A DNA stretch of 64,000 nt from Candidatus Latescibacterota bacterium (GTDB lineage: Bacteria > Latescibacterota > UBA2968 > UBA8231). Below the pieces are notes generated by a model, which saw only the letters and a program-made list of their open reading frames with translations, made no database searches and had not been told where the DNA came from. Each line of letters begins with the position of its first letter. Within the stretch, counting starts at the first letter, position 1. Both the position numbers and the translations under genes were made by a program. Shown piece by piece: positions 8,992 through 16,657 of the stretch. The stretch is taken from contig CBDCDC010000002.1 of NCBI GenBank assembly GCA_965215195.1, forward strand, positions 448,001-512,000, written 5' to 3'.

Positions 8992-10398
8992 GTGATTATG
9001 CTACCGTCCACATATCCCGCGCACGCCAGCCGCGCAATTCGCCGCTTCTTGCTCATAGGCTCAATTTTCGTCGGCTGTAGTGCCGACGGCCCGGGTCCGG
9101 TCGAGACGGCCAAGCCTAATGCGCATTCGACTTGGGACATCATCCAAACGGAAATTTTCGCCGGCCAATGCGTTAGCTGCCACGCGGCCGGGACCTCGTT
9201 TGGGCGTCAGTCGGGCCTCGTGCTCACCCCGGACGTGGCCTACGAACAGCTCGTGGGTGCTGCTCCGACCAACGCGGCCGCCGCGGCCGACGGGCTGCTG
9301 CGGGTCAGCGACCTCGGGCCGGGCCTGCCCGGCCTGCTCAAGAGCTATTTGTGGGAGAAGATCAACGCGCCCGACCAGCAGCACTTCTACGGCGACCATC
9401 CCTACTACGGGGAGCTAATGCCCTTCGGGGGCGAGTCCCTGACCAACGGCGAGTTGGCTTTTATCCGCGCTTGGATCGAGGCCGGCGCACCAGAGACGGG
9501 CCACGTGGCCGACCCGGCCCTCTTGGAGGACGAGTCGCGCTACGAGGTGCCGGAGTTCAAGCCGCTAGCCGAGCCGGAAAACGGCGTCCAATTGCACTTG
9601 CCGCCTTTTGAGATACAGCCCAACTCCGAGCGCGAAATTTTTGTCGTGCATCCACTGAACAACGAAGACGATGTATTCCTAGAGCGCGTCCAGATCGCCA
9701 TGAAGTCCGGCTCGCACCACTTCCTGCTCTATACATTCCAAGACGACATACCTCCCGAGCGCATGCCGCAACCCTACGAATATCGCGAGTTGCACAATGG
9801 CGCGGGCCAGTACGTCATTGCAACCGTGCTCACGCAGTTTTACCACCTGCCCATCGCCGGCAGCCAATGGCCTTTCTTCGATTTTGCCCTGCCGCCCGGC
9901 GTGGCGATGCGGCTGCCCAAGAACGCACTGCTCGACCTCAACTCGCACTATGTCAATCGCACCAGTCAGCCCACTACCGGCGAGGTCTATACCAACTTGC
10001 ACTTTGCCGACCCGTCTGAGGTTGAGCACGAGGCGCGTCTTTTTTCTTTGAACAACCTCGAGATCTCCCTGCCGGCCGGGGCGGTGACGACCCTAGAAAA
10101 GGATTTTACCTTTTCCGAGCGGACCCACGTTGTGCAGCTCGTTTCGCACGCCCACCAGCTCATGGTAGAATTCCGGGTCGAGATGATCGGAGGAGCGCAC
10201 GACGGCGAGCTCATCTACGTCGCTTACGACTGGGAGCACCCGCCGATCCTGAGATTCGATCCCCCGCTCGTCCTAGAGCGCGGGGAGGGCTTTAGGTTAG
10301 AAGCGACCTATGACAACTGGACCGATCAAGAGGTCAATTTCGGTTTGATGTCAACGGACGAGATGATGATTCTCTTTGGGATTTCCTACGCGGATTAG
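8992..10398 (+). CDS. Cytochrome c / copper type II monooxygenase-like lipoprotein
   Basis: 'IFVGC' lipobox; 'CVSCH'; 'LMP..IRAWIEAGA'; Cu motifs 'SHHF', 'NSHY', 'SHAH', 'DEMM'. Start uncertain. Confidence 0.75.
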   Translation: MIMLPSTYPAHASRAIRRFLLIGSIFVGCSADGPGPVETAKPNAHSTWDIIQTEIFAGQCVSCHAAGTSFGRQSGLVLTPDVAYEQLVGAAPTNAAAAADGLLRVSDLGPGLPGLLKSYLWEKINAPDQQHFYGDHPYYGELMPFGGESLTNGELAFIRAWIEAGAPETGHVADPALLEDESRYEVPEFKPLAEPENGVQLHLPPFEIQPNSEREIFVVHPLNNEDDVFLERVQIAMKSGSHHFLLYTFQDDIPPERMPQPYEYRELHNGAGQYVIATVLTQFYHLPIAGSQWPFFDFALPPGVAMRLPKNALLDLNSHYVNRTSQPTTGEVYTNLHFADPSEVEHEARLFSLNNLEISLPAGAVTTLEKDFTFSERTHVVQLVSHAHQLMVEFRVEMIGGAHDGELIYVAYDWEHPPILRFDPPLVLERGEGFRLEATYDNWTDQEVNFGLMSTDEMMILFGISYAD

Positions 10399-10420
10399 CC
10401 GATGGGGGCTGCGACAGGGC

Positions 10421-11074
10421 TTAATACATGTGCGGCTGCACGGCGAGGGCGAGCGACGCTTCAATGTCCCAGATGGCCTTGGTCACCTCTTGGCCAATCA
10501 AGTCCAGCTTGCGCACCTGTTCGATGCGCCCGGTCGCGCGGGCCAGCTCGCGGCTGGCCAAGAGCTTCTCGAAAATTCCGCAGGCGTCCGCCAAGCAGAT
10601 AATGACCACGTCGCGGGGGTCGGGGATCTGATCGCTGAACAGCACCTCCATGATGCGCAGCTTGACCTCTAGCTCGGCCTTGCCATCAATGGCCGGATAG
10701 CGCCGCGAGCGAAACACCCACAGGAAGCGCCCTTCCTCGCGCGCGAGAATGCCCTTCTGCACCAGCCGGCGGAGCGCGCCCTCGCGGATGTCGTTGGCGC
10801 GTGTGGCAGCGCGTTCCAGCCAGTAACGGGTATCGTGCGTCTCGGTCGCCGCGGCAATGTCGCTCAGCATTGGGTCCAGCAGGCTATCTTGCACGGGCGT
10901 ACTATCGACGAGGATCAGCTTGTCGAGGTCGGTGTCGATGCGGTCTTCGAGTGCGAGGTCCATCAGCACCCCGCCGCCCAAGGCGTACCGCACCAGCCGG
11001 TCGGGTACTCGGGCGAAGCTCCCATCTTCATCGTCGAGTAAAAGAAGCATGATCTCTTCGGCGAATCTCAGCAT
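10421..11074 (-). CDS. GPP34 (Golgi phosphoprotein 3) family protein
   Basis: 'LRFAEEIMLLLLDDEDG', 'GGVLMDLALEDRI', 'RLVQKGIL..FLWVFRSRRYP'. Confidence 0.85.
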   Translation of the reverse strand: MLRFAEEIMLLLLDDEDGSFARVPDRLVRYALGGGVLMDLALEDRIDTDLDKLILVDSTPVQDSLLDPMLSDIAAATETHDTRYWLERAATRANDIREGALRRLVQKGILAREEGRFLWVFRSRRYPAIDGKAELEVKLRIMEVLFSDQIPDPRDVVIICLADACGIFEKLLASRELARATGRIEQVRKLDLIGQEVTKAIWDIEASLALAVQPHMY

Positions 11075-11140
11075 GGATTACCTCGTTTAATTTTGCGGTA
11101 TCTGACGAAGAATATAGACCGCGAGTGTCGCTGGGCAAGT

Positions 11141-11216
11141 TCCTACGGTTGGTTCCTTCTGGCTGTCTTGGACCAATGAGCACAACCGCACGGCTCCAGG
11201 TCAGGATCCAGCCGAT
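11141..11216 (+). pseudogene. Internal fragment of a B-type FG-GAP/FlgD paralog
   Basis: Encodes PTVGSFWLSWTNEHNRTAPGQDPAD, near-identical to segments at about 14138 and 16966. Confidence 0.85.
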
Positions 11217-11242
11217 CACGTCACGTATAGTAAGGTGTTGTC

Positions 11243-13432
11243 ATGTTGCCCATTCTCATTTGTGCATGGACGGTGCTGTTGAGTAGCCCTGCGGCGGCGA
11301 TCCGGTGGGACTTTGACGACGGGACGACGCAGGGATGGGGTGCCAAGAAACCTATTAGTTCTGGGGGGGATCATCAATTTTACCCGTTGTCTGGGGCAGT
11401 CGAAGCGGGCGTGTGGCGGATTAATGCCTTTCGTACCGACGGTCTCAGTGGCTCTGGGGCCACCTTGATTTCGCCGACGATAGGCTCTGATTCGCACCTT
11501 TTTGACCGGGTGCGGGTGCGGTTCCGCACGATCCATCCCAGTCCTACGACCGGAGCTTTACTCCTCAAATGGACCAATGAGCACAACCTCATGCACCCGG
11601 GTAGTGACCCCCTACCGGGCAGGGGTCGGTTCGCGATTCTCGCAAACGGTGCCTACGGCGAGTTCGTATATACGACCGAATGGCAAGAGTTCGAGTTTTC
11701 GTTGGTTGACATGGAGAAGAATTCCTCCGGGTATTATCCCTTATGGGAGGGGCTATTAGATGACATTCGACTGCTATTTCACTTGGAGGATATGACCGCG
11801 TCTATGATTGACCGGCTGGCTTCGACGAAGGTGGCGGCCTTGGAAGTGGATTGGATTGAGTTGACCGGGGTGGAAGAGGTGTTAGCGGGGGAATTAGCTC
11901 GGCCGCCGGTCTTCGATTTAGGCTTTGCCGGGTCGGGGGTTTTTGCACCGCCGGTATTCTATCCGATTACGCCGGACTTAGGGTTCTTTCGTCTCTTAGG
12001 TGCCGCCCAAGCAGGTGCTTTGACCGACTTAGATGAGGATGGAGACCTCGATCTGTTCTCTTTCTTTTGGGGGCTCGAAGAGAGACGAGGCGGCTGGGTT
12101 ATGGCGCACAACAACGGAGCGGGGGCTTTTGAAACCATACGCATCAAGCCAGTGGAGGGTCTAACGTATGATCCTAGGGTGTGCGTGGGCGATGTGACCG
12201 GCGATGGCCGCGACGAACTGATAATGAGTATCGAAATGTTAGACCTCGGGGTTTGGTCTATCGGAGCAGAGTTCCAGCTAGAAGAACTCGTGCAGCGACC
12301 CAATCGCCGGTTGGTGGATGTGGCCGATTGGGATGGCGACGGGCAGGTGGAGGTGTTTGCTCAACCTGTTGAGGGGGACGACTCTTTTTTGGAGGTCTGG
12401 GACCTCGCCAACGGGGAGTGGATGTTCGCCGAGTGGGCGGTTCCCGATCCGGCTTCCGGGTTGTCGTGGGCACATCAAATCGGCGATTTTACGGGCGATG
12501 GGGTGCTGAACGTGCTGTGGGGACCGCCGGCTTGGTGGGAGCCGGCGCTGTTTGAACAAGTCATCTCGCTTAGAGTGGCGGTCTTAGGGGCTGATCCTGA
12601 ACAGGGGGTGCTCTTTGAAAAGGTCATCCCGTTTTCGCTCCTCGCGGGTCGAGCGGGCGATTTTGACGGCGATGGGCACGTCGATTTACTCGCGGGCTTC
12701 CGAGAGGACTTCCAAGAGCAGCGCAAGGGCTTGGCCGTGTGGAGCAGCCTCCCCGGTGGGTTGAAACAAGAGGTGATCTATAATGAGTATCTGTTCCTGC
12801 GCTCGTCAGTGGTGGTGTGCGATCTGAATGCCGATGGGGTGGATGATTGGGTGTTTGTCGGCGGGGACTATGCGTTGGGTTTTGGCGTGTTCGTCGCATG
12901 GGGCGGCGGCTTGCATCCCACTAAAGCGGTGGAATGGTATCGCTTGTCTGGCGAGGGGGTGGATGTGGGAGCAGGGGGTGTGGCGACGGGCTTGGAGGGG
13001 AATGGCACGGCGGTGCTGCCGGGGGATGTGGATGGCGATGGCGATGTGGACTTGGTGGTGTTGGATCGGGCATTAGGGGGTGTGCATGTACTCAAGAGTC
13101 TGGTGAGTGAGCAGCCGACCGCCGTACAGACGTCGGCGGCAGCGCGGCCGGCGCAACATCGGCTGGGCGACAGCTATCCCAATCCGTTCAATCCGGCGGT
13201 GGTGATCCCCCTTGCGTTGGCGACAGACGCGGCGGAGGTGTCGCTGACGGTGTACGATGTGTTGGGTCGTCGGGTGCGGCAGGTGTGGGCTGGGCCGCTG
13301 GGGGCGGGGAGCCATCGGTTTGTGTGGGATGGCCGCGATGAGGCGGGCAAGGCGGTGGCCGCCGGGGTGTATGTCTATCAGGTCGAAGTGGACGGACAGG
13401 TGGAAGCTAAAAAGACGACCAAGCTGCCGTGA
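11243..13432 (+). CDS. Secreted FG-GAP repeat protein with N-terminal jelly-roll-like domain and C-terminal FlgD-Ig tail (copy 1, type A)
   Basis: Signal peptide; repeated DxDGDGxxD motifs; 'SYPNPFNP..VYDVLGRRVR..WDGRD..AAGVY'. Confidence 0.9.
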   Translation: MLPILICAWTVLLSSPAAAIRWDFDDGTTQGWGAKKPISSGGDHQFYPLSGAVEAGVWRINAFRTDGLSGSGATLISPTIGSDSHLFDRVRVRFRTIHPSPTTGALLLKWTNEHNLMHPGSDPLPGRGRFAILANGAYGEFVYTTEWQEFEFSLVDMEKNSSGYYPLWEGLLDDIRLLFHLEDMTASMIDRLASTKVAALEVDWIELTGVEEVLAGELARPPVFDLGFAGSGVFAPPVFYPITPDLGFFRLLGAAQAGALTDLDEDGDLDLFSFFWGLEERRGGWVMAHNNGAGAFETIRIKPVEGLTYDPRVCVGDVTGDGRDELIMSIEMLDLGVWSIGAEFQLEELVQRPNRRLVDVADWDGDGQVEVFAQPVEGDDSFLEVWDLANGEWMFAEWAVPDPASGLSWAHQIGDFTGDGVLNVLWGPPAWWEPALFEQVISLRVAVLGADPEQGVLFEKVIPFSLLAGRAGDFDGDGHVDLLAGFREDFQEQRKGLAVWSSLPGGLKQEVIYNEYLFLRSSVVVCDLNADGVDDWVFVGGDYALGFGVFVAWGGGLHPTKAVEWYRLSGEGVDVGAGGVATGLEGNGTAVLPGDVDGDGDVDLVVLDRALGGVHVLKSLVSEQPTAVQTSAAARPAQHRLGDSYPNPFNPAVVIPLALATDAAEVSLTVYDVLGRRVRQVWAGPLGAGSHRFVWDGRDEAGKAVAAGVYVYQVEVDGQVEAKKTTKLP

Positions 13433-13498
13433 GGAGATGCGCTCTTGATACGAAAAGTCGTATGCCCCCTTGCAACACTTTGTGCGAGCTCTAGGCCG

Positions 13499-13514
13499 TG
13501 GCACGAAATAGGCG
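13499..13514 (+). promoter_or_regulatory. Degenerate sigma54 promoter (TGGCAC-GAAAT-AGGCG)
   Basis: GG-N10-GC retained; paralogous to the consensus site at 16109. Confidence 0.5.
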
Positions 13515-13653
13515 TACATTCGATTGAAGACGAGGCCGATGCAGAAGAAAGGAGGTGAGGTGATACGAACTCGTACCGGTTGTTTTCCAACACTCACTCC
13601 AGTACCGTAGCGGCAGAAGCCGCGGACGTACTGGGCAACGAAGGAGACGAATT

Positions 13654-13698
13654 ATGGACAGTATTCGGGAATTCTTCGCGTCCTCCAGCGGCTTCTGA
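13654..13698 (+). pseudogene. Internally deleted copy of the Cys-rich peptide gene (MDSIREFFASSSGF*)
   Basis: Same RBS, 5' codons, stop and flanks as 16267-16542, with 231 nt missing. Confidence 0.85.
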
Positions 13699-13757
13699 GG
13701 CCTCTATCCGCTATTGAAAAATAGCTATAGGGCAGGAGATGCTCACCTCTTCTCGGC

Positions 13758-13802
13758 GTCAGGGGTTCGGCGTGCATATGGCACCGAGCCCCTGACTTTT
13801 TT
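13758..13802 (+). terminator. Intrinsic terminator-like hairpin just before FG-GAP copy 2
   Basis: GTCAGGGGTTCGG...CCGAGCCCCTGAC followed by TTTTTT. Confidence 0.7.
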
Positions 13803-13817
13803 GAAAAGGAATCGGTC

Positions 13818-15941
13818 ATGTTATATCTCGTGTTACATCTCGTGCTTGTTCTAGGCATTGCGCTATGGAGCCGTTCCGCCGAGGCGCTCACGTGGGATTT
13901 CGACGACGGAACGACCCAAGGATGGGCCGCTAAAGAAACGGGTGCCGCGGGTGGTTCGGCTGAAGTCAACCTATTTCTAGGGCAGGTCCAAGACGGCGTG
14001 TGGACGATTGATGTGTCGCCCTCGGTGGCCGGGGAGAAGTATCCCACGCCGAGTGTCCAAGTGATTTCGCCTACCATCGGCTACGAGTCTCGCTTGTTCG
14101 ACCGGATCCGGGTCCGATTTCGCACCGTCCATCATCGTCCTACGGTCGGTTCCTTCTGGCTGTCTTGGACCAATGAGCACAACCGCATGGCTCCAGGTCT
14201 TGACCCAGAGAAACGAAGCAGCAGCCGGTTTTCGCTGCATGGACAAGCTGGCTTTGTCTATACCACCGAGTGGCAGGAAGTGGCGTTGACACTGCCCGTA
14301 TCAGACGGGGAGGTCGCCCCGGGCGACCGGGAGGTCTGGGAGGGGCTTTTACGGGATATTCGGCTGCATTTTAGCTTGGATTGGGGCGAGCGCGATGTGC
14401 CCCGGTCAGCGGCGGAGGTGGTCGGGGGGTTGGAGATTGACTGGATTGAGTTGACCGGCGTGGAAGAGGTATTAGCGGGGGAATTAGCCCCGCCATCGGT
14501 AGAGTATTTCCGCTTTGAGGGAGCCGGACTTTTCGCCCCGCCGATCTTCTCGCCGATTGCGCCGGGGTTAGGGGGCTTTATAGCCGAAGGGGCTGGCGTC
14601 TTGACGGACTTAGATAGAGACGGCGATCTCGACCTATTCTCTACTTGGCGTGATAGAGGATCCGGCTCAAATCCTTTCATAAGCGGCTGGGTCATGGCGC
14701 TCAGTGATGGACGAGGGGTCTTTGAAACGGTGCATACCGAGGCGACCGGATGGGTGACTTACTGGGATGTGCGGAGCGGCGATGTGACCGGCGATGGCCA
14801 AGACGAGATCGTGCTAGCCCACTCAGACATAGCGGTTTGGTCTATCGATCCAGATTTTCAGATTGAGGTACTCACTCAGCTACTTGACCACCAACTCGTA
14901 GGCTTGATAGATTGGGATGGGGACGGTGCGATCGAGTTATTTTCAGACCATATAGTGGCTGGAGGAAGAGCTTTAGAGGTCTGGGAGGTTGAGCAGGGGG
15001 AGTGGACGGGCACCCGGTTAGCGGTGGCCGAAAACCACGCGCCCTCTCGGATGGGCGACTTTACGGGCGATGGGCAATTGGATGTGCTGTGGGTTCCGTT
15101 ATTCGGCCAAGCAAATACGTGGATCGTGGCGGGCTTAGAAGCCGCGCCTAGGGAGGGCAACATCGTCTTTGAATCTGATGCGGGGACCCCTCTTCCGCTT
15201 TTAAGTGCGGGCGATTTTGATGGCGATGGGCAGGCGGACTTACTCACGGCGCTTGAATACAACTCCTATGAACGGCGCAAGGGCTTGCTTCTATGGAGAG
15301 GCCAATCAACGGGTGGCGTGGAGAAGAAGGTGATCTATGATGATCGGCTATTTCTGCGCTCGCCGGTAGTGGTGCGCGACCTCAACGGGGACGGGGTAGA
15401 TGATTGGGCGTTTGTCGGAGGGGATCGCGCCTCGGGGATCGGGGTGTTTGTCGAATGGGGTGGGGGCGCACATCCGGCCAAGGAGGTGGAACGGCATCGT
15501 TTAGTCGGCGATGGGGTACAGGTGCTGCCGGGAGATGTGGATGGCGACGGCGATGTGGACTTGGTCGTGTTAAATCCCCTCTTAGGCGGTGTGCAAGTGT
15601 TGAAGAGTTCGGCGAGGGAACAGATGACCGCGGTGCTGACAGCGGCGGCAGCGCGGCCAGCGCAACATCGGCTCGGCGACAGCTATCCCAATCCGTTCAA
15701 TCCGACGGTGGTGATCCCCCTTGAGTTGGCGACGGATGCGGTGGGGGTGTCGCTGACGGTGTACGACGTGTTGGGTCGTCGGGTGCGGCAGGTGTGGCAG
15801 GGGCCGCTGGGGGCGGGGAGCCATCGGTTTGTGTGGGATGGCCGCGACGCGGCGGGCAAGGCGGTGGCCGCCGGGGTGTATGTCTATCAGGTCGAAGTGG
15901 ACGGACAGGTGGAAGCTAAAAAGACGACCAAGCTGCCGTGA
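13818..15941 (+). CDS. Secreted FG-GAP/FlgD-Ig protein (copy 2, type B)
   Basis: Same architecture as copy 1; signal peptide ends in AEA. Confidence 0.9.
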   Translation: MLYLVLHLVLVLGIALWSRSAEALTWDFDDGTTQGWAAKETGAAGGSAEVNLFLGQVQDGVWTIDVSPSVAGEKYPTPSVQVISPTIGYESRLFDRIRVRFRTVHHRPTVGSFWLSWTNEHNRMAPGLDPEKRSSSRFSLHGQAGFVYTTEWQEVALTLPVSDGEVAPGDREVWEGLLRDIRLHFSLDWGERDVPRSAAEVVGGLEIDWIELTGVEEVLAGELAPPSVEYFRFEGAGLFAPPIFSPIAPGLGGFIAEGAGVLTDLDRDGDLDLFSTWRDRGSGSNPFISGWVMALSDGRGVFETVHTEATGWVTYWDVRSGDVTGDGQDEIVLAHSDIAVWSIDPDFQIEVLTQLLDHQLVGLIDWDGDGAIELFSDHIVAGGRALEVWEVEQGEWTGTRLAVAENHAPSRMGDFTGDGQLDVLWVPLFGQANTWIVAGLEAAPREGNIVFESDAGTPLPLLSAGDFDGDGQADLLTALEYNSYERRKGLLLWRGQSTGGVEKKVIYDDRLFLRSPVVVRDLNGDGVDDWAFVGGDRASGIGVFVEWGGGAHPAKEVERHRLVGDGVQVLPGDVDGDGDVDLVVLNPLLGGVQVLKSSAREQMTAVLTAAAARPAQHRLGDSYPNPFNPTVVIPLELATDAVGVSLTVYDVLGRRVRQVWQGPLGAGSHRFVWDGRDAAGKAVAAGVYVYQVEVDGQVEAKKTTKLP

Positions 15942-15984
15942 GGAATAGTAGGGATAGGTTTGAAACTTTAGGTCATGGAAAAAT

Positions 15985-16020
15985 GGCCCCACGGCGATGC
16001 TTTTTGCCGTGGGGCCTTTT
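15985..16020 (+). terminator. Intrinsic terminator after copy 2
   Basis: GGCCCCACGGC...GCCGTGGGGCC followed by TTTT. Confidence 0.8.
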
Positions 16021-16057
16021 GTGCGTGGTGATTAGACGCTTTAATCTTTGCGGTAAG

Positions 16058-16085
16058 AATACCCCGCTGCTTGCGGCGGGGTATT
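16058..16085. repeat. Palindromic hairpin (REP-like or IS200/IS605-end-like)
   Basis: AATACCCCGCTGC-TT-GCGGCGGGGTATT. Confidence 0.5.
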
Positions 16086-16108
16086 TTATTTGTATAGGGC
16101 TTAATTTT

Positions 16109-16124
16109 TGGCACGAAACTTGCA
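16109..16124 (+). promoter_or_regulatory. sigma54 (-24/-12) promoter
   Basis: TGGCAC-GAAAC-TTGCA, a full consensus match, preceded by an AT-rich tract. Confidence 0.85.
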
Positions 16125-16266
16125 TTATACCGTCATTGAAGGCGAGGCCGATACAGACGAAAGGAGGTGAGGAGGTACGAACTCGTATCGGTTGTTTTCC
16201 AACACTCATTCCAGTACCGTAGCGGCACCGAGCCGTGGACGTACTAGACAACTAAGGAGATGAATT

Positions 16267-16542
16267 ATGGACAGTATTCGGGAATTCTTCACGTCCTCGA
16301 GCGGCTTGGCTCCGGCTCGGCGGGGGCTGGGGCTCGGGTGGGTCATCAGTGCCCTCGCGGGGATCGCCGTCCTGCTCGGGGCCAGAGGGGCCGAAGCCAA
16401 TCCTTGTCCGACCTCTCGTGATTGCAGTTTCGACGAAGATTGCCCTTCGGCCACACCGATCGAGTGCTGCACAACATGGAAATCGCCAGCTAAGAATGGT
16501 GGATGCACGATCACTGGCTATTCCTGCGTCTGCACCCTCTGA
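16267..16542 (+). CDS. Small secreted cysteine-rich peptide precursor (44-aa leader + 47-aa core with 8 Cys)
   Basis: AAGGAG RBS; RR + hydrophobic stretch + AEA cleavage motif; core NPCPTSRDCSFDEDCPSATPIECCTTWKSPAKNGGCTITGYSCVCTL; a paralogous remnant confirms start and stop. Confidence 0.85.
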   Translation: MDSIREFFTSSSGLAPARRGLGLGWVISALAGIAVLLGARGAEANPCPTSRDCSFDEDCPSATPIECCTTWKSPAKNGGCTITGYSCVCTL

Positions 16543-16602
16543 GGCCCTATCAGCTATTAAGAAATAGCTGTAGGGCAGGAGGTGTTCACCGCTTCTCTGC
16601 GT

Positions 16603-16641
16603 CAGGGGCTCGGCGTAGGGTGCCGATCCCCTGCCTTTCTT
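16603..16641 (+). terminator. Terminator-like hairpin just before FG-GAP copy 3
   Basis: CAGGGGCTCGGC...GCCGATCCCCTG followed by CCTTTCTT. Confidence 0.6.
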
Positions 16642-16657
16642 GTAAAGGACATCGGCC

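Noticed and set aside
13560-13610. MIRTRTGCFPTLTPVP as a bona fide conserved peptide
   Set aside because: The start codon is absent in the second copy and SD spacing is short; kept only as part of the leader finding.
16058-16085. IS200/IS605 element
   Set aside because: Only a hairpin is present; no tnpA or tnpB.
16267-16542. Lanthipeptide, ranthipeptide or other enzyme-modified RiPP
   Set aside because: No LanM/LanBC, radical SAM, YcaO or C39 peptidase in the window; a signal peptide and an even Cys count fit disulfides better.
3525-16542. PHM-like enzymes amidating the Cys-rich peptide
   Set aside because: PHM needs a C-terminal Gly and the peptide ends in CTL; no PAL-like lyase is seen and the loci are in separate transcription units.
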